In this document: piece after piece, positions 17,096-25,871 of the stretch | Layout of the letters: the number at the start of each line of letters is the position of its first letter | Position numbering within the stretch: the stretch's first letter is position 1 | IMG/VR virus record: IMGVR_UViG_3300034104_004810 | Location: 1 to 35,035 of that record | DNA length: 35,035 bases | Reading direction: 5' to 3' (one strand) | From: a virus | Lineage: Duplodnaviria; Caudoviricetes | The notes under the pieces: generated by a model | Seen by the model: the letters and a program-made list of their open reading frames with translations, nothing else | The model's database searches: none | What the model was told of the DNA's origin: nothing | Program-made: the position numbers and the translations under genes

Positions 17096-17114
17096 ATTTT
17101 CTAAAAACACAATT

Positions 17115-18524
17115 ATGTTTCATCAAGAATTCTTCCCTACACCAGCTCACGTAATTGATTTAATGCAAATTGATGCATCGGGCAAGATTGTTTTAGAGCC
17201 ACATGCCGGAAAGGGAGATATCGTGGATTACTGCATCAATCAAGGCGCTAGGCAAGTACTAGCTTTTGAAATCAATAAAGATTTACAGCAAATTGTAAAG
17301 CAAAAAGCAACTCTTCTTGGCGAGGATTTTTTCGATTGTAAACCTGAACAGGTAAGCCATATCAACGCAATTTACATGAATCCGCCTTTCAGTAATGGTG
17401 AAAAGCACATCGTTCACGCATGGAACATCGCTCCAGAAGGATGCGAAATTATATCACTTTGTAACTATCAAACTATTGAAAACAATAGTCGGTACGGTCA
17501 ACTATCGAAAATCATTAGTTCTTATGGAATTTCGGAAAATCTAGGGGATTGCTTCTCTACGGCCGAAAGAACAACAGGAATTGACATTGGATTAATCAGG
17601 CTTTTTAAACCGATTGTTTCAAAAGAATTTGAGTTTGATGGTTTTTTCATGGAAGAAGATGAAGAGGAAATTCAAGGCGAAGGCATAATGCAATATAATG
17701 AAATCAGAGCCTTAGTAAATCGCTATGTCGGTACTATGAAAATATTTGATCAGATGAAACTACAAGTTGATTCTGTCAATGCAATGATTGGTCAGATAGG
17801 AATGACAAGGATAAGTATTGCAATTGGTCACGACAAGGATGTTACTACCAAAGAGCAGTTTTCTAAAATCATTCAAAAGAAGTCCTGGAACCACATATTT
17901 GCAAAGATGAATATGGAAAAATATGTGACTTCTGGCGTGATGAAGGACATAAATAAGTTTGTTGAAACTCAAGAGAAAGTTCCTTTCACAATGAAAAACA
18001 TCTACAGAATGCTGCAAATAATTGTCGGTACCCGTCAAGAAACTTTTAATCGAGCACTGTAAGAAGCGATTGATAATTTCACAAAGCACACCCATGAAAA
18101 TAGATTTTCAGTTGAAGGATGGAAAACCAATTTGGGCCACATGCTTAATAAAAAATTTATTTGCGAAGGTATTATTGATACCGGATGGAGTTTTTCAATA
18201 CGTTACGATTCCTACAACAGCAGAAAAATAGATGATTTAGTGAAAGTTTTATGCAACATAACTGCAAAAAACTATAGTGATATTGGGGGTATTTACAGAT
18301 TTAATTACAACAACAGAAACTTCGAAGTTGATGGAGTAAAGCCATTAGAAAAGAAATTTGATTTAGAGCCAAACAAGTGGTACCAGTGGGGATTTTTTGA
18401 AGTAAAATTCTTTAAGAAAGGCACTATGCATGTGAAATTCAGGGATGAAAACGAATGGTATTTGATCAATAAAGCATACGGAGAATTAAAAGGCTTTTCG
18501 TTGCCAGAAACTTATAAAAAATAA
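17115..18524 (+). pseudogene. SAM-dependent amino-MTase (DUF4942-like) interrupted by in-frame TAA at 18060-18062
   Basis: FFPTP, VLEPHAGKG, MNPPF; frame continues RAL*EAIDNF...EGWKTN...FFKKGTMHVKF to 18524. Confidence 0.8.
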
Positions 18525-18546
18525 TTACTAACCTAAAAATAAATTT

Positions 18547-18957
18547 ATGAAGACAACTACCGCATTCAAAGAAACCATCGAGCAGCATCTACAAGAAGTA
18601 GCATCTAAGGATGAACTATTCGCTAAAACTCTAAAAAAAGAAAACAAGAACATTCATGACTGCATTACTTACATTTTAAATCAGGTAAAAAGTTCAGGAT
18701 GTAATGGTTTTGCAGATTCCGAAATATTCAACATGGCCATTCATTATTACGATGAAGATGATTTGAAACCAGGTAAAAAGATTGACGCAAAAGTTGTTGT
18801 TAATCATACTGTAGAAATCACAGAACAGGACAAAGCTCATGCAAAAAAAATCGCTCTTGAAAAATTGATCGAAGAGGAAAAAGCCAAACTTACCAAAAAG
18901 AAAACTCCCAAAGTTGATATTGAGAATGAAGTCGAACAAGTTGATCTATTTTCCTGA
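18547..18957 (+). CDS. PcfK-like protein (AcrIIA9-like family)
   Basis: KENKNIHDCITYILNQVKSSGCNGF...AIHYYDED...VVVNH pattern; C-terminal QVDLF. Confidence 0.85.
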   Translation: MKTTTAFKETIEQHLQEVASKDELFAKTLKKENKNIHDCITYILNQVKSSGCNGFADSEIFNMAIHYYDEDDLKPGKKIDAKVVVNHTVEITEQDKAHAKKIALEKLIEEEKAKLTKKKTPKVDIENEVEQVDLFS

Positions 18958-18959
18958 TT

Positions 18960-20285
18960 ATGAAAGCGAGAACCAAACTACAACTTCGGGTAACCGAACT
19001 AAGTTTAGAGTTGCCTACAATAACTCAAGAACAAGAGAAATGGGCTTTTAAAGAATGTTTGCCTCACAAAGCTTTTGCAAATAAATCTAGTGCTTTTTGT
19101 TTGGATTGTGGCGAAACCTTCTCCCTTGATTTGATAAATAGAAAACGAGCTACATGCCCAAATTGTCAAACTAAACTATCTGTTGAGTTTACTAAAAACA
19201 GAACACTGCAAGTAATCAACTATTTTGCAATTACTCATGTGGTTGAAGATTTTCAGGTAGTAGAAAATTTTGAATTAGTGGCAAACTATAAAAAAGGCAT
19301 TCCGGTTAAGCGTTATTTAAAACCAATTTTAGAAGATTGGATATTGCCAAACTTAAAAGTACAGAAAATTGGATTAATGCATAACATGCAAGGCTTCTGT
19401 GATTCATGGGGTGGTAATTGGGAGGTACGAGAAGAAAAAAAAAGAAGTTGGCAAGGTGCAAAATACGATGTTTATCCAAGGAAGTATCACCCTGATTCAA
19501 AGTTTAAGCCAGAATACAGAAAGTACGGAATCAATTCAAATTTATCTGGAATAACATTATTTGAAGCCATTAAGCATGTACCTACTAATCCAAAATTAGA
19601 GACTCTTTTAAAGGCAAAGCAGTATGCATTACTTGGTCAACTTGAATCATATAGAATCGGTAGTTTCTGGCAAACAATAAAAATTTGCCTTAGAAATAAA
19701 TACATAGTTCAAGATGCTGCAATCTGGTTTGATTACCTAGATCTTCTTAAATTTTTCAAAAAAGATATCCGGAACGCAAAATTTGTCTGTCCAAAAAACA
19801 TCAAGAAGGAGCACGATCTACTTATGAATAAAAAACGTGAGATTCATCGAAATGAAGAAAGAGAGCGCGAAAGGTTGAATGCCATTAAGCGTCAAGAATC
19901 ATTGGAAAAAGCCATTGTGGAATACGTTCAAAGAAATCAACATTTGTTCGATTTGGAATTTAAACAAGGTAACATATCAATACAGATTTTGAAAAGCATT
20001 GATGAATTCAAAGAAGAAGGGGACGAGCTAAAGCATTGTGTGTTCACAAATGAGTACTATCTAAAAAAAGATTCTTTAATCCTTTCAGCTCGCGTGAATG
20101 GAGTTAGAACCGAAACAATCGAAATCAAAATCCCTTCATTAAAAATTGAGCAATCTAGGGGCTACGATAATAAGCCGTCAAAACACAACGATAAGATTCT
20201 AGCATTAGTTAGAAAAAACATTTATCAAATCAGAAAAATAGTAATTAACTCCCGGCAAAGAAGCCAAAAAAAAGCAGCAGCTTAA
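18960..20285 (+). CDS. PcfJ domain protein
   Basis: CLDCG/CPNC zinc finger; WFDYLDLL; EEGDELKHCV; ETIEI...QSRG..N. Confidence 0.85.
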   Translation: MKARTKLQLRVTELSLELPTITQEQEKWAFKECLPHKAFANKSSAFCLDCGETFSLDLINRKRATCPNCQTKLSVEFTKNRTLQVINYFAITHVVEDFQVVENFELVANYKKGIPVKRYLKPILEDWILPNLKVQKIGLMHNMQGFCDSWGGNWEVREEKKRSWQGAKYDVYPRKYHPDSKFKPEYRKYGINSNLSGITLFEAIKHVPTNPKLETLLKAKQYALLGQLESYRIGSFWQTIKICLRNKYIVQDAAIWFDYLDLLKFFKKDIRNAKFVCPKNIKKEHDLLMNKKREIHRNEERERERLNAIKRQESLEKAIVEYVQRNQHLFDLEFKQGNISIQILKSIDEFKEEGDELKHCVFTNEYYLKKDSLILSARVNGVRTETIEIKIPSLKIEQSRGYDNKPSKHNDKILALVRKNIYQIRKIVINSRQRSQKKAAA

Positions 20286-20306
20286 AACTTTAAATTTAAA
20301 TCAATT

Positions 20307-21419
20307 ATGAAATTCATTCTCAACAGCAAACAATTATTAGAGAGACTTCAAGGCCTTAGTGGTGTAATCAACGCAAAAGCAACAATTCCAATATTAGATA
20401 GTTTTCTTTTCAAAATAGATGGAAACAAATTACAAATAACGGCCTCAGATTTAGAAACAACCATGACAACTGAAATGGTTATTGAGTCTGAGATGATTGG
20501 GAATATCGCAATCGAAGCGAGAATTCTAATAGAAACGCTTAAAACCTTAGCGGAACAACCTTTAACATTTAAAGTCGGTGTAAACACGGTTAAAATCGTT
20601 TCAGGTAACGGAGAATATGAAATCCCGTTTCAAGATGGGGAAAGTTATCCAAAAACAGCGGTAATTGAAAATGGATCAGTTACCGAAATTCCCGAAAAAA
20701 CACTGCTAAAGGCTATTTCGAAAACAATCTTCGCAACTGGAACCGATGATTTACGACCGGTAATGTGTGGAGTTTTGTTCCAACTAACAACTGAGAAAGC
20801 CACATTTGTAGCTACTGATGCTCACAAGTTGGTTAAGTATGTCAGAAATGATATTAAATCATCTGAAGATGCTGATTTTGTAGTTCCAAAAAAACCGTTG
20901 AATGTTCTTAAGTCTATTTTAGGTAATTCAGATACTCCGGTTACAATTGAATTCAATCAATCGAACGCTGTATTTAAAACTGCAAACAATTCTTTGATTT
21001 GTAGATTGATTGATCAGAAGTATCCAAACTACGAAGCGGTAATTCCAAAGGAAAATCCAAACGTTTTGACATTGGATAGAGGTAAGTTTTTGAGCTCGGT
21101 TAAATGTGTGGCTATCTTTTCCAACAAAACCACGCATCAAATAAGACTAGCAATCAAAGGCAACGAATTGAATCTTTCGGCTCAGGATGTTGATTATTCC
21201 AATAGGGCCGACGAAAGAATGAGCTGCAACTTTGAGGGCAACGATATGGAAATCGGTTTTAATTCCAGATTCCTTACTGAGATGCTTTCAAACATTCAAT
21301 CTGATGAGGTTCAGCTTGCAATGTCAATGCCAAATAGAGCGGGAATTTTAACCCCGATTGATGGCCTTGAAACCGATGAATCTTTACTTATGCTGGTTAT
21401 GCCAGTAATGCTAAAATAA
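20307..21419 (+). CDS. dnaN: DNA polymerase III beta sliding clamp
   Basis: TIPILDSF, TASDLE, VATDAHKL, CRLIDQKYPNYEAVIP, IGFNSRFL, C-terminal LVMPV. Confidence 0.95.
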   Translation: MKFILNSKQLLERLQGLSGVINAKATIPILDSFLFKIDGNKLQITASDLETTMTTEMVIESEMIGNIAIEARILIETLKTLAEQPLTFKVGVNTVKIVSGNGEYEIPFQDGESYPKTAVIENGSVTEIPEKTLLKAISKTIFATGTDDLRPVMCGVLFQLTTEKATFVATDAHKLVKYVRNDIKSSEDADFVVPKKPLNVLKSILGNSDTPVTIEFNQSNAVFKTANNSLICRLIDQKYPNYEAVIPKENPNVLTLDRGKFLSSVKCVAIFSNKTTHQIRLAIKGNELNLSAQDVDYSNRADERMSCNFEGNDMEIGFNSRFLTEMLSNIQSDEVQLAMSMPNRAGILTPIDGLETDESLLMLVMPVMLK

Positions 21420-21646
21420 TGATTCCACATGTTGATGACTGCTATTTCTACAGCAGAAAAGACAATGTAATTATTGCAAATCTTACCGACGGTCAACAAG
21501 TTCCGTTGGTAAGATTAAAGCAAAATTTTATCGATGTAACGGTTTTGGAAGGTCAAGGCTTTGACTACATGAAGCGATACATGCAGATGTTCCCGAACTT
21601 ATGGGAACTTATTGAAAAAGAACAATCACAACTAACTTTATTTTAA
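21419..21646 (+). CDS. Small protein with C-terminal clamp-binding motif
   Basis: Ends QSQLTLF; TAATG-coupled to dnaN. Confidence 0.75.
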   Translation: MIPHVDDCYFYSRKDNVIIANLTDGQQVPLVRLKQNFIDVTVLEGQGFDYMKRYMQMFPNLWELIEKEQSQLTLF

Positions 21647-22500
21647 TGGCAACGGTAAATAGTTTATCAGGTGGCAAAACCAGCTCATATTTAGCAGTTC
21701 ATCATCCAGCGGATGTTGAAATTTTTGCGATGGTTTGCATTGATGACCATAACGCTGGAAGGTGGTTAAAACACAACAAGAAGTTACTGCAATATGCGAA
21801 TGATAAACTTGAAAAGTTCATTCCAGTTTTTGGAGAATTCAAAGCTACTTCAGAAGATCCCATTATTATCCAAACTATGATGCAGCTAGAGCAAAAGATT
21901 GGTAAAGAAATTACATGGGTTCGTGGAAAGTCATTTGAGAAAATGATATCGGACCATGGAGCACTACCAAATCAAGCATGGAGATTTTGCACAACTGATT
22001 TAAAACTCATTCCCATTTTCGAGCATTGCTACATGAATTATGGCGAAGATGTGAAAATGAGATTGGGCATTCGTTGGGATGAAGCCGAACGAGCCGAAAC
22101 GATTATCAATGATTTTAAATTCCCATTTTCCTGCAATTTACATTTACAAAAAAGACAAAATTGGAAAACCGTCGAATGGAGAAATGTAGAATACCCGCTT
22201 ATAGATCAAAAAGCTACCAACTACAAAATAAATGAATATTGGAAAACAGAAAATATCATTTTCCCAGATGATAGTAATTGCGCCAATTGCTTCTGGAAAG
22301 ATTTTCAACAGTTACGCAAAAACTTCGAAAGCGAAAGAACTAGGCCAATAATGCAATGGGCTATGATTCAAGAAGTCATTAAAGACAAAACTTTTAAAAA
22401 AGAAATGACTCTTTTGGAAACTGAAAAAATCGGAATTCAACAGGGCTTCAATTTTGGAACTGGAGCCGAAGGATGTAAGTCTGGATGGTGTAGAGGTTAA
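21646..22500 (+). CDS. PAPS-reductase-like PP-loop protein
   Basis: SLSGGKTS PP-loop, RFCTTDLK, LGIRWDE..R, YPLID, SNCANCF. Confidence 0.8.
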   Translation: MATVNSLSGGKTSSYLAVHHPADVEIFAMVCIDDHNAGRWLKHNKKLLQYANDKLEKFIPVFGEFKATSEDPIIIQTMMQLEQKIGKEITWVRGKSFEKMISDHGALPNQAWRFCTTDLKLIPIFEHCYMNYGEDVKMRLGIRWDEAERAETIINDFKFPFSCNLHLQKRQNWKTVEWRNVEYPLIDQKATNYKINEYWKTENIIFPDDSNCANCFWKDFQQLRKNFESERTRPIMQWAMIQEVIKDKTFKKEMTLLETEKIGIQQGFNFGTGAEGCKSGWCRG

Positions 22501-22550
22501 ATCAAAATAATTAAAAAATAGCCTTGGACGGGCTTTGTAAAATCCACCCC

Positions 22551-22733
22551 ATGTTTATGGAAAACATAGAAAAATTAGAAGTATTGGTTTCAGAAGCAAG
22601 GCTTGAAGCAACTAAGTTTTACGAGAAAGGAAACAAAACCGCTGGAACTAGATTAAGAGCTAAAATGGCCGAAATAACAGTTCTATGCAAATCAGTGAGA
22701 GCAGATGTTTCTACAATCAAAAATGCTGTTTAA
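22551..22733 (+). CDS. Histone H1-like (Hc1-family) protein
   Basis: KFYEKGNKTAGTRLRAKMAEI...KSVRADV; ATG at 22551/22557 preferred over TTG 22524. Confidence 0.75.
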   Translation: MFMENIEKLEVLVSEARLEATKFYEKGNKTAGTRLRAKMAEITVLCKSVRADVSTIKNAV

Positions 22734-22738
22734 AAACC

Positions 22739-22769
22739 AAAAGCCTGCCATTAATTTGGTAGGCTTTTT
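22739..22769 (+). terminator. Intrinsic terminator
   Basis: AAAAGCCTGCCA-TTAATT-TGGTAGGCTTTTT. Confidence 0.8.
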
Positions 22770-22784
22770 AAAACTTTTTTAGCA

Positions 22785-22940
22785 ATGGACATTCACTCAG
22801 AAGAACATCGAAACTACCATCTTAGACGCGAAAACAGAAATTTAAGGTCAAAGAAATACATTTTAAAACGGCTGTTATTGGTATTCGCGCTTATCGCAAT
22901 ACTTGAATTTATCACATTAATTTTTATTCACATCAAATGA
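22785..22940 (+). CDS. 51-aa membrane peptide (not in ORF track)
   Basis: MDIHSEEH...KRLLLVFALIAILEFITLIFIHIK*; ATGA overlap with ASCH gene. Confidence 0.6.
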   Translation: MDIHSEEHRNYHLRRENRNLRSKKYILKRLLLVFALIAILEFITLIFIHIK

Positions 22941-23350
22941 AAGCATTATCAATAAAACAACCGTGGGCAAGTTTAATCGCTCATGGTATCAAGGACATCG
23001 AGAACCGAACTTGGAAAACAAAGTATCGAGGTAAGATTTATATTCATGCTTGTCAAAATCTCCCGAAAGATCATTGGGGTTTATTGAATCCATTACAGTA
23101 TCGTAAAGCGATGGATTTTATAATTGACAATAATGATCCTGTTTTACAATTAGGTGCCATCATCGGCGAGGTTGAAATCATTGATTGTGTTATCAATCAT
23201 CCGAGTATTTGGGCCGAAAAAACAACTTTGTTAGAGCCAAGTCTTGAAAAAACAATCTACAACTGGGTACTTGCAAATCCAACCCTCTACGACAAACCAA
23301 TTCTAAACGTAAAAGGCAAACTTTCTTTCTGGGAGCCAGAACTTAAATAA
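22937..23350 (+). CDS. ASCH domain protein
   Basis: MKALSIKQPWASLIAHGIKDIENRTW..RGKIYIHA; GAIIG; VKGKLSFW. Confidence 0.92.
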   Translation: MKALSIKQPWASLIAHGIKDIENRTWKTKYRGKIYIHACQNLPKDHWGLLNPLQYRKAMDFIIDNNDPVLQLGAIIGEVEIIDCVINHPSIWAEKTTLLEPSLEKTIYNWVLANPTLYDKPILNVKGKLSFWEPELK

Positions 23351-23356
23351 ATCCGA

Positions 23357-23593
23357 ATGAAAAATAAAATACAGCAAACTGCCAAGTTTCAAGAAATGGT
23401 TAAAAAAACACCATTCTTAAAAACTACCTACCTAAGCCCTGAAAATGTCAGATACATCACTGAATTAGTTGGTCAATGCGAAAGGCTCGGACGGGATTAC
23501 CTGAACGATAAGAAAATCAACAAAAGAGATTTGGATATTGTTGACGAAATCGTTCAAATTAATTTAAATGAAAAATCAACCCTTAAAAATTAG
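23357..23593 (+). CDS. Hypothetical protein
   Basis: 78-aa ORF in operon. Confidence 0.65.
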   Translation: MKNKIQQTAKFQEMVKKTPFLKTTYLSPENVRYITELVGQCERLGRDYLNDKKINKRDLDIVDEIVQINLNEKSTLKN

Positions 23594-23596
23594 ATT

Positions 23597-23923
23597 ATGA
23601 AAACAGGAATAGAATTGATTACAGAAGAAAGAGAGAAGCAAATCTCGAAACACGGATTTACTGGCGAGCATCATGCTCAACATGCAGAATGGTATGATGA
23701 AGGTCAACTTATTGAAGCCGCTCATAAACTAAGTTTTGCAATTGCGAAAGATGAAGTTCCTAAAAATTGGGACTTAGAATGGTTTCAAAACTTATGCAAT
23801 AGACCGCATAAAGAAAGACTTGTAATTGCTGGAGCTTTAATCGCTTCTGAAATTGACAGGATGAATGAAATCCAAATAAACAGTTTAGAAAAAAACAACT
23901 TCTCTTTTGAAACGGGAGTTTAA
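23597..23923 (+). CDS. Conserved all-helical phage protein
   Basis: IELITEEREKQISKHGF...RLVIAGALIASEIDR pattern widespread in phages; function uncertain. Confidence 0.65.
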   Translation: MKTGIELITEEREKQISKHGFTGEHHAQHAEWYDEGQLIEAAHKLSFAIAKDEVPKNWDLEWFQNLCNRPHKERLVIAGALIASEIDRMNEIQINSLEKNNFSFETGV

Positions 23924-23936
23924 CACAATTGAAATC

Positions 23937-24398
23937 ATGAAAAAATTATTTTTATTATTGCTTTTATTGCCTTTACTAGCAATTAGCCAGAACAAAGTTG
24001 GAATCAACACTCAAACTCCTAGAGCGACTTTAGAAGTTAACGGGGATGTAATGCTTAAGGCAGAAATTGGAACCGTAACAGATACCATTCTCGTTATTAG
24101 AGAGGGCAAAGTTTACAAAGTTCCAGCATCTTATTACCAATACACCCCTCCAACAAATTGCCCTTTATTAGTTACGGGAGCTGGTCAAAGTACAGGTTAT
24201 TATCTTAAATTTCAATCAGCCGTTCCAATTGTAAATCCTAATCAAACATTAGTCATTCAGGGCAAAGTATTTCAACCAGCGGGAACGTGGGTAGCGGGTA
24301 ATACTTATTTCTACAGCTACACAAATACGAGCGGACAACCTTTAAATATCAATCAACCTTTTACTGTGAACTTTACGGGACAACAGTGTAATTATTAA
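23937..24398 (+). CDS. Secreted protein
   Basis: Signal peptide MKKLFLLLLLLPLLAIS-Q; KVGINTQTPRATLEVNG motif. Confidence 0.7.
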   Translation: MKKLFLLLLLLPLLAISQNKVGINTQTPRATLEVNGDVMLKAEIGTVTDTILVIREGKVYKVPASYYQYTPPTNCPLLVTGAGQSTGYYLKFQSAVPIVNPNQTLVIQGKVFQPAGTWVAGNTYFYSYTNTSGQPLNINQPFTVNFTGQQCNY

Positions 24399-24442
24399 AA
24401 ACTATAGTGGTCAAATTCGACCACTTTAAAAAACTTAAGAAA

Positions 24443-24901
24443 ATGAAAAAACTATTATTAATGCTATTAGTTACGGGAGTAACTTTTGCACAGTACAATA
24501 ACAAAATCAACTTTAATTTATTAGTTGATAAAACCGCCCACATGGTCGCAGAAGTCGAAGGAATGGAAGGGAAGATGTATTTCAAACAGTCTTTGGAATA
24601 TGCCCCAAACATCGAAGGTGGTTATTTGGCAACCGGAACCGCCGTTGGATTTAGCACGGAACTTGGAATGTTTCAGCACTACAGGATTTACACAGCTCCG
24701 AAGCTTCAATTTATTTTACGTGGTGGAAATGTTTACCCGTCAGCTGGTTTTGAATTAGGAATAGATAAAACTTTTGATTCAGGATTTATTATAGGAATTC
24801 GTGGAACCTACGATTATCGTTCGGACTTTCAATACTGGGATAAGTTTGCAGCCGAATGGAGACCAAGTGGATTTGTGAAAATTGGATGGAGAATACGATA
24901 A
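24443..24901 (+). CDS. Small outer-membrane beta-barrel protein
   Basis: Signal peptide MKKLLLMLLVTGVTFA-Q; alternating amphipathic strands; terminal strand GFVKIGWRIR. Confidence 0.65.
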   Translation: MKKLLLMLLVTGVTFAQYNNKINFNLLVDKTAHMVAEVEGMEGKMYFKQSLEYAPNIEGGYLATGTAVGFSTELGMFQHYRIYTAPKLQFILRGGNVYPSAGFELGIDKTFDSGFIIGIRGTYDYRSDFQYWDKFAAEWRPSGFVKIGWRIR

Positions 24902-24920
24902 CTTTTTTTAACTTCATTTT

Positions 24921-24962
24921 GTAATAATAAATATAACTAAGTTGTAATATTTATTACATTTG
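24921..24962 (+). promoter_or_regulatory. terS promoter with tandem operators
   Basis: GTAATA-ATAAA-TATAAC (24921), GTTGTA-ATATT-TATTAC (24941), TACATTTG 24955-24962. Confidence 0.7.
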
Positions 24963-24966
24963 TTTT

Positions 24967-25578
24967 ATGGATATGAAACTAACAATCAAGCAAGAAGCAT
25001 TTTGTCAAGCGTATGTACGTTTGGGGGATAAGTCAGCTGCTTATCGTGAGGCTTACAACTGCTCTAGGTTGAAAGATAAATCCATTCATGAACTTGCATG
25101 TAAGCTATCAACTAACGTCAAGGTAACCGCAAGGATAGAAGAGCTTCAAGCTAAGGTTTCAAAGATTGCTGAAAAGAAGTTTAATATTACAGCAACTGAA
25201 ATGCTTCGACACTTGAACATTCTTCGCCAGTCTCGAATTGATGAATATGTTGAGTATTATGAATTTGATGTAACCAAAACCGAAACAACCGGAACTGGCA
25301 AGAATAAAGTCACATCTACAACGACCGAACGCAAAACCGAAATCAGGTTTAAGACTTTCGACAAATTAACTCCAGAGCAGTTGATGTGTATTGAAAGCAT
25401 AAAGCAAAACCGATACGGTGAAATTGAGTTGAAGCTTCACGGCAAAGAGTGGACCATCGAGAAGATCAATAAGCACATTGGCTTCTACGAAAAGGACAAC
25501 GAACAAAAGAACTCCATCTTATCTGCTGAAGACAAAGAGAAACGTATTGCCGAACTAAAAGCTAAATTACTCAAGTAG
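24967..25578 (+). CDS. terS: Terminase small subunit
   Basis: KLTIKQEAFCQAYV..GDKSAAYREAY...ARIEEL; ELKLHGK...KHIGFY. Confidence 0.9.
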   Translation: MDMKLTIKQEAFCQAYVRLGDKSAAYREAYNCSRLKDKSIHELACKLSTNVKVTARIEELQAKVSKIAEKKFNITATEMLRHLNILRQSRIDEYVEYYEFDVTKTETTGTGKNKVTSTTTERKTEIRFKTFDKLTPEQLMCIESIKQNRYGEIELKLHGKEWTIEKINKHIGFYEKDNEQKNSILSAEDKEKRIAELKAKLLK

Positions 25579-25694
25579 TTTATTTTAAATCTAAATAGTA
25601 ATATTATTTATTAATTTGTTAGAAAATTTATTACTTTTATAACCTATTAAAAATTAACTAAACGATTTAGTCATGAAGTAATTTCAAACAATCT

Positions 25695-25725
25695 AAAAGC
25701 TGTTCAGATATGAATGGCTTTTTTT
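25695..25725 (+). terminator. Terminator-like hairpin just before the RNA island
   Basis: AAAAGCTGTTCA-GATA-TGAATGGCTTTTTTT. Confidence 0.7.
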
Positions 25726-25730
25726 AAAAC

Positions 25731-25853
25731 GGGGAAGTAGCTCAGTAGGATAGAGCGCTTAACGTGTCTGTAGGGGAAGCTTTGAAAAGTCTAGGAAAGT
25801 AAAAGCACCGTAAAGCACTACAGAGGTCAGCGGTTCGATCCCGTTCTTCTCCA
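25731..25853 (+). ncRNA. tRNA-like RNA (Ala identity, G3.U70) with anticodon arm replaced by a 66-nt domain
   Basis: Acceptor GGGGAAG/CTTCTCC-A; D arm GCTC-AGTAGGATA-GAGC; variable AGGTC; T arm AGCGG-TTCGATC-CCGTT. Confidence 0.8.
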
Positions 25854-25871
25854 CAAATAAAGCATATTTAC

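Noticed and set aside
11744-18062. Genome-wide TAA recoding or an ochre-suppressor tRNA explaining the two internal stops
   Set aside because: Most genes here end in TAA with the next gene abutting. Neither tRNA-like RNA has a canonical 7-nt CU-UUA-A loop; the TTAA strings at 25759 and 26248 sit in non-anticodon geometry.
25731-25853. Phage tmRNA
   Set aside because: Has a full D stem, is only 123 nt, and shows no tag reading frame or pseudoknot series.
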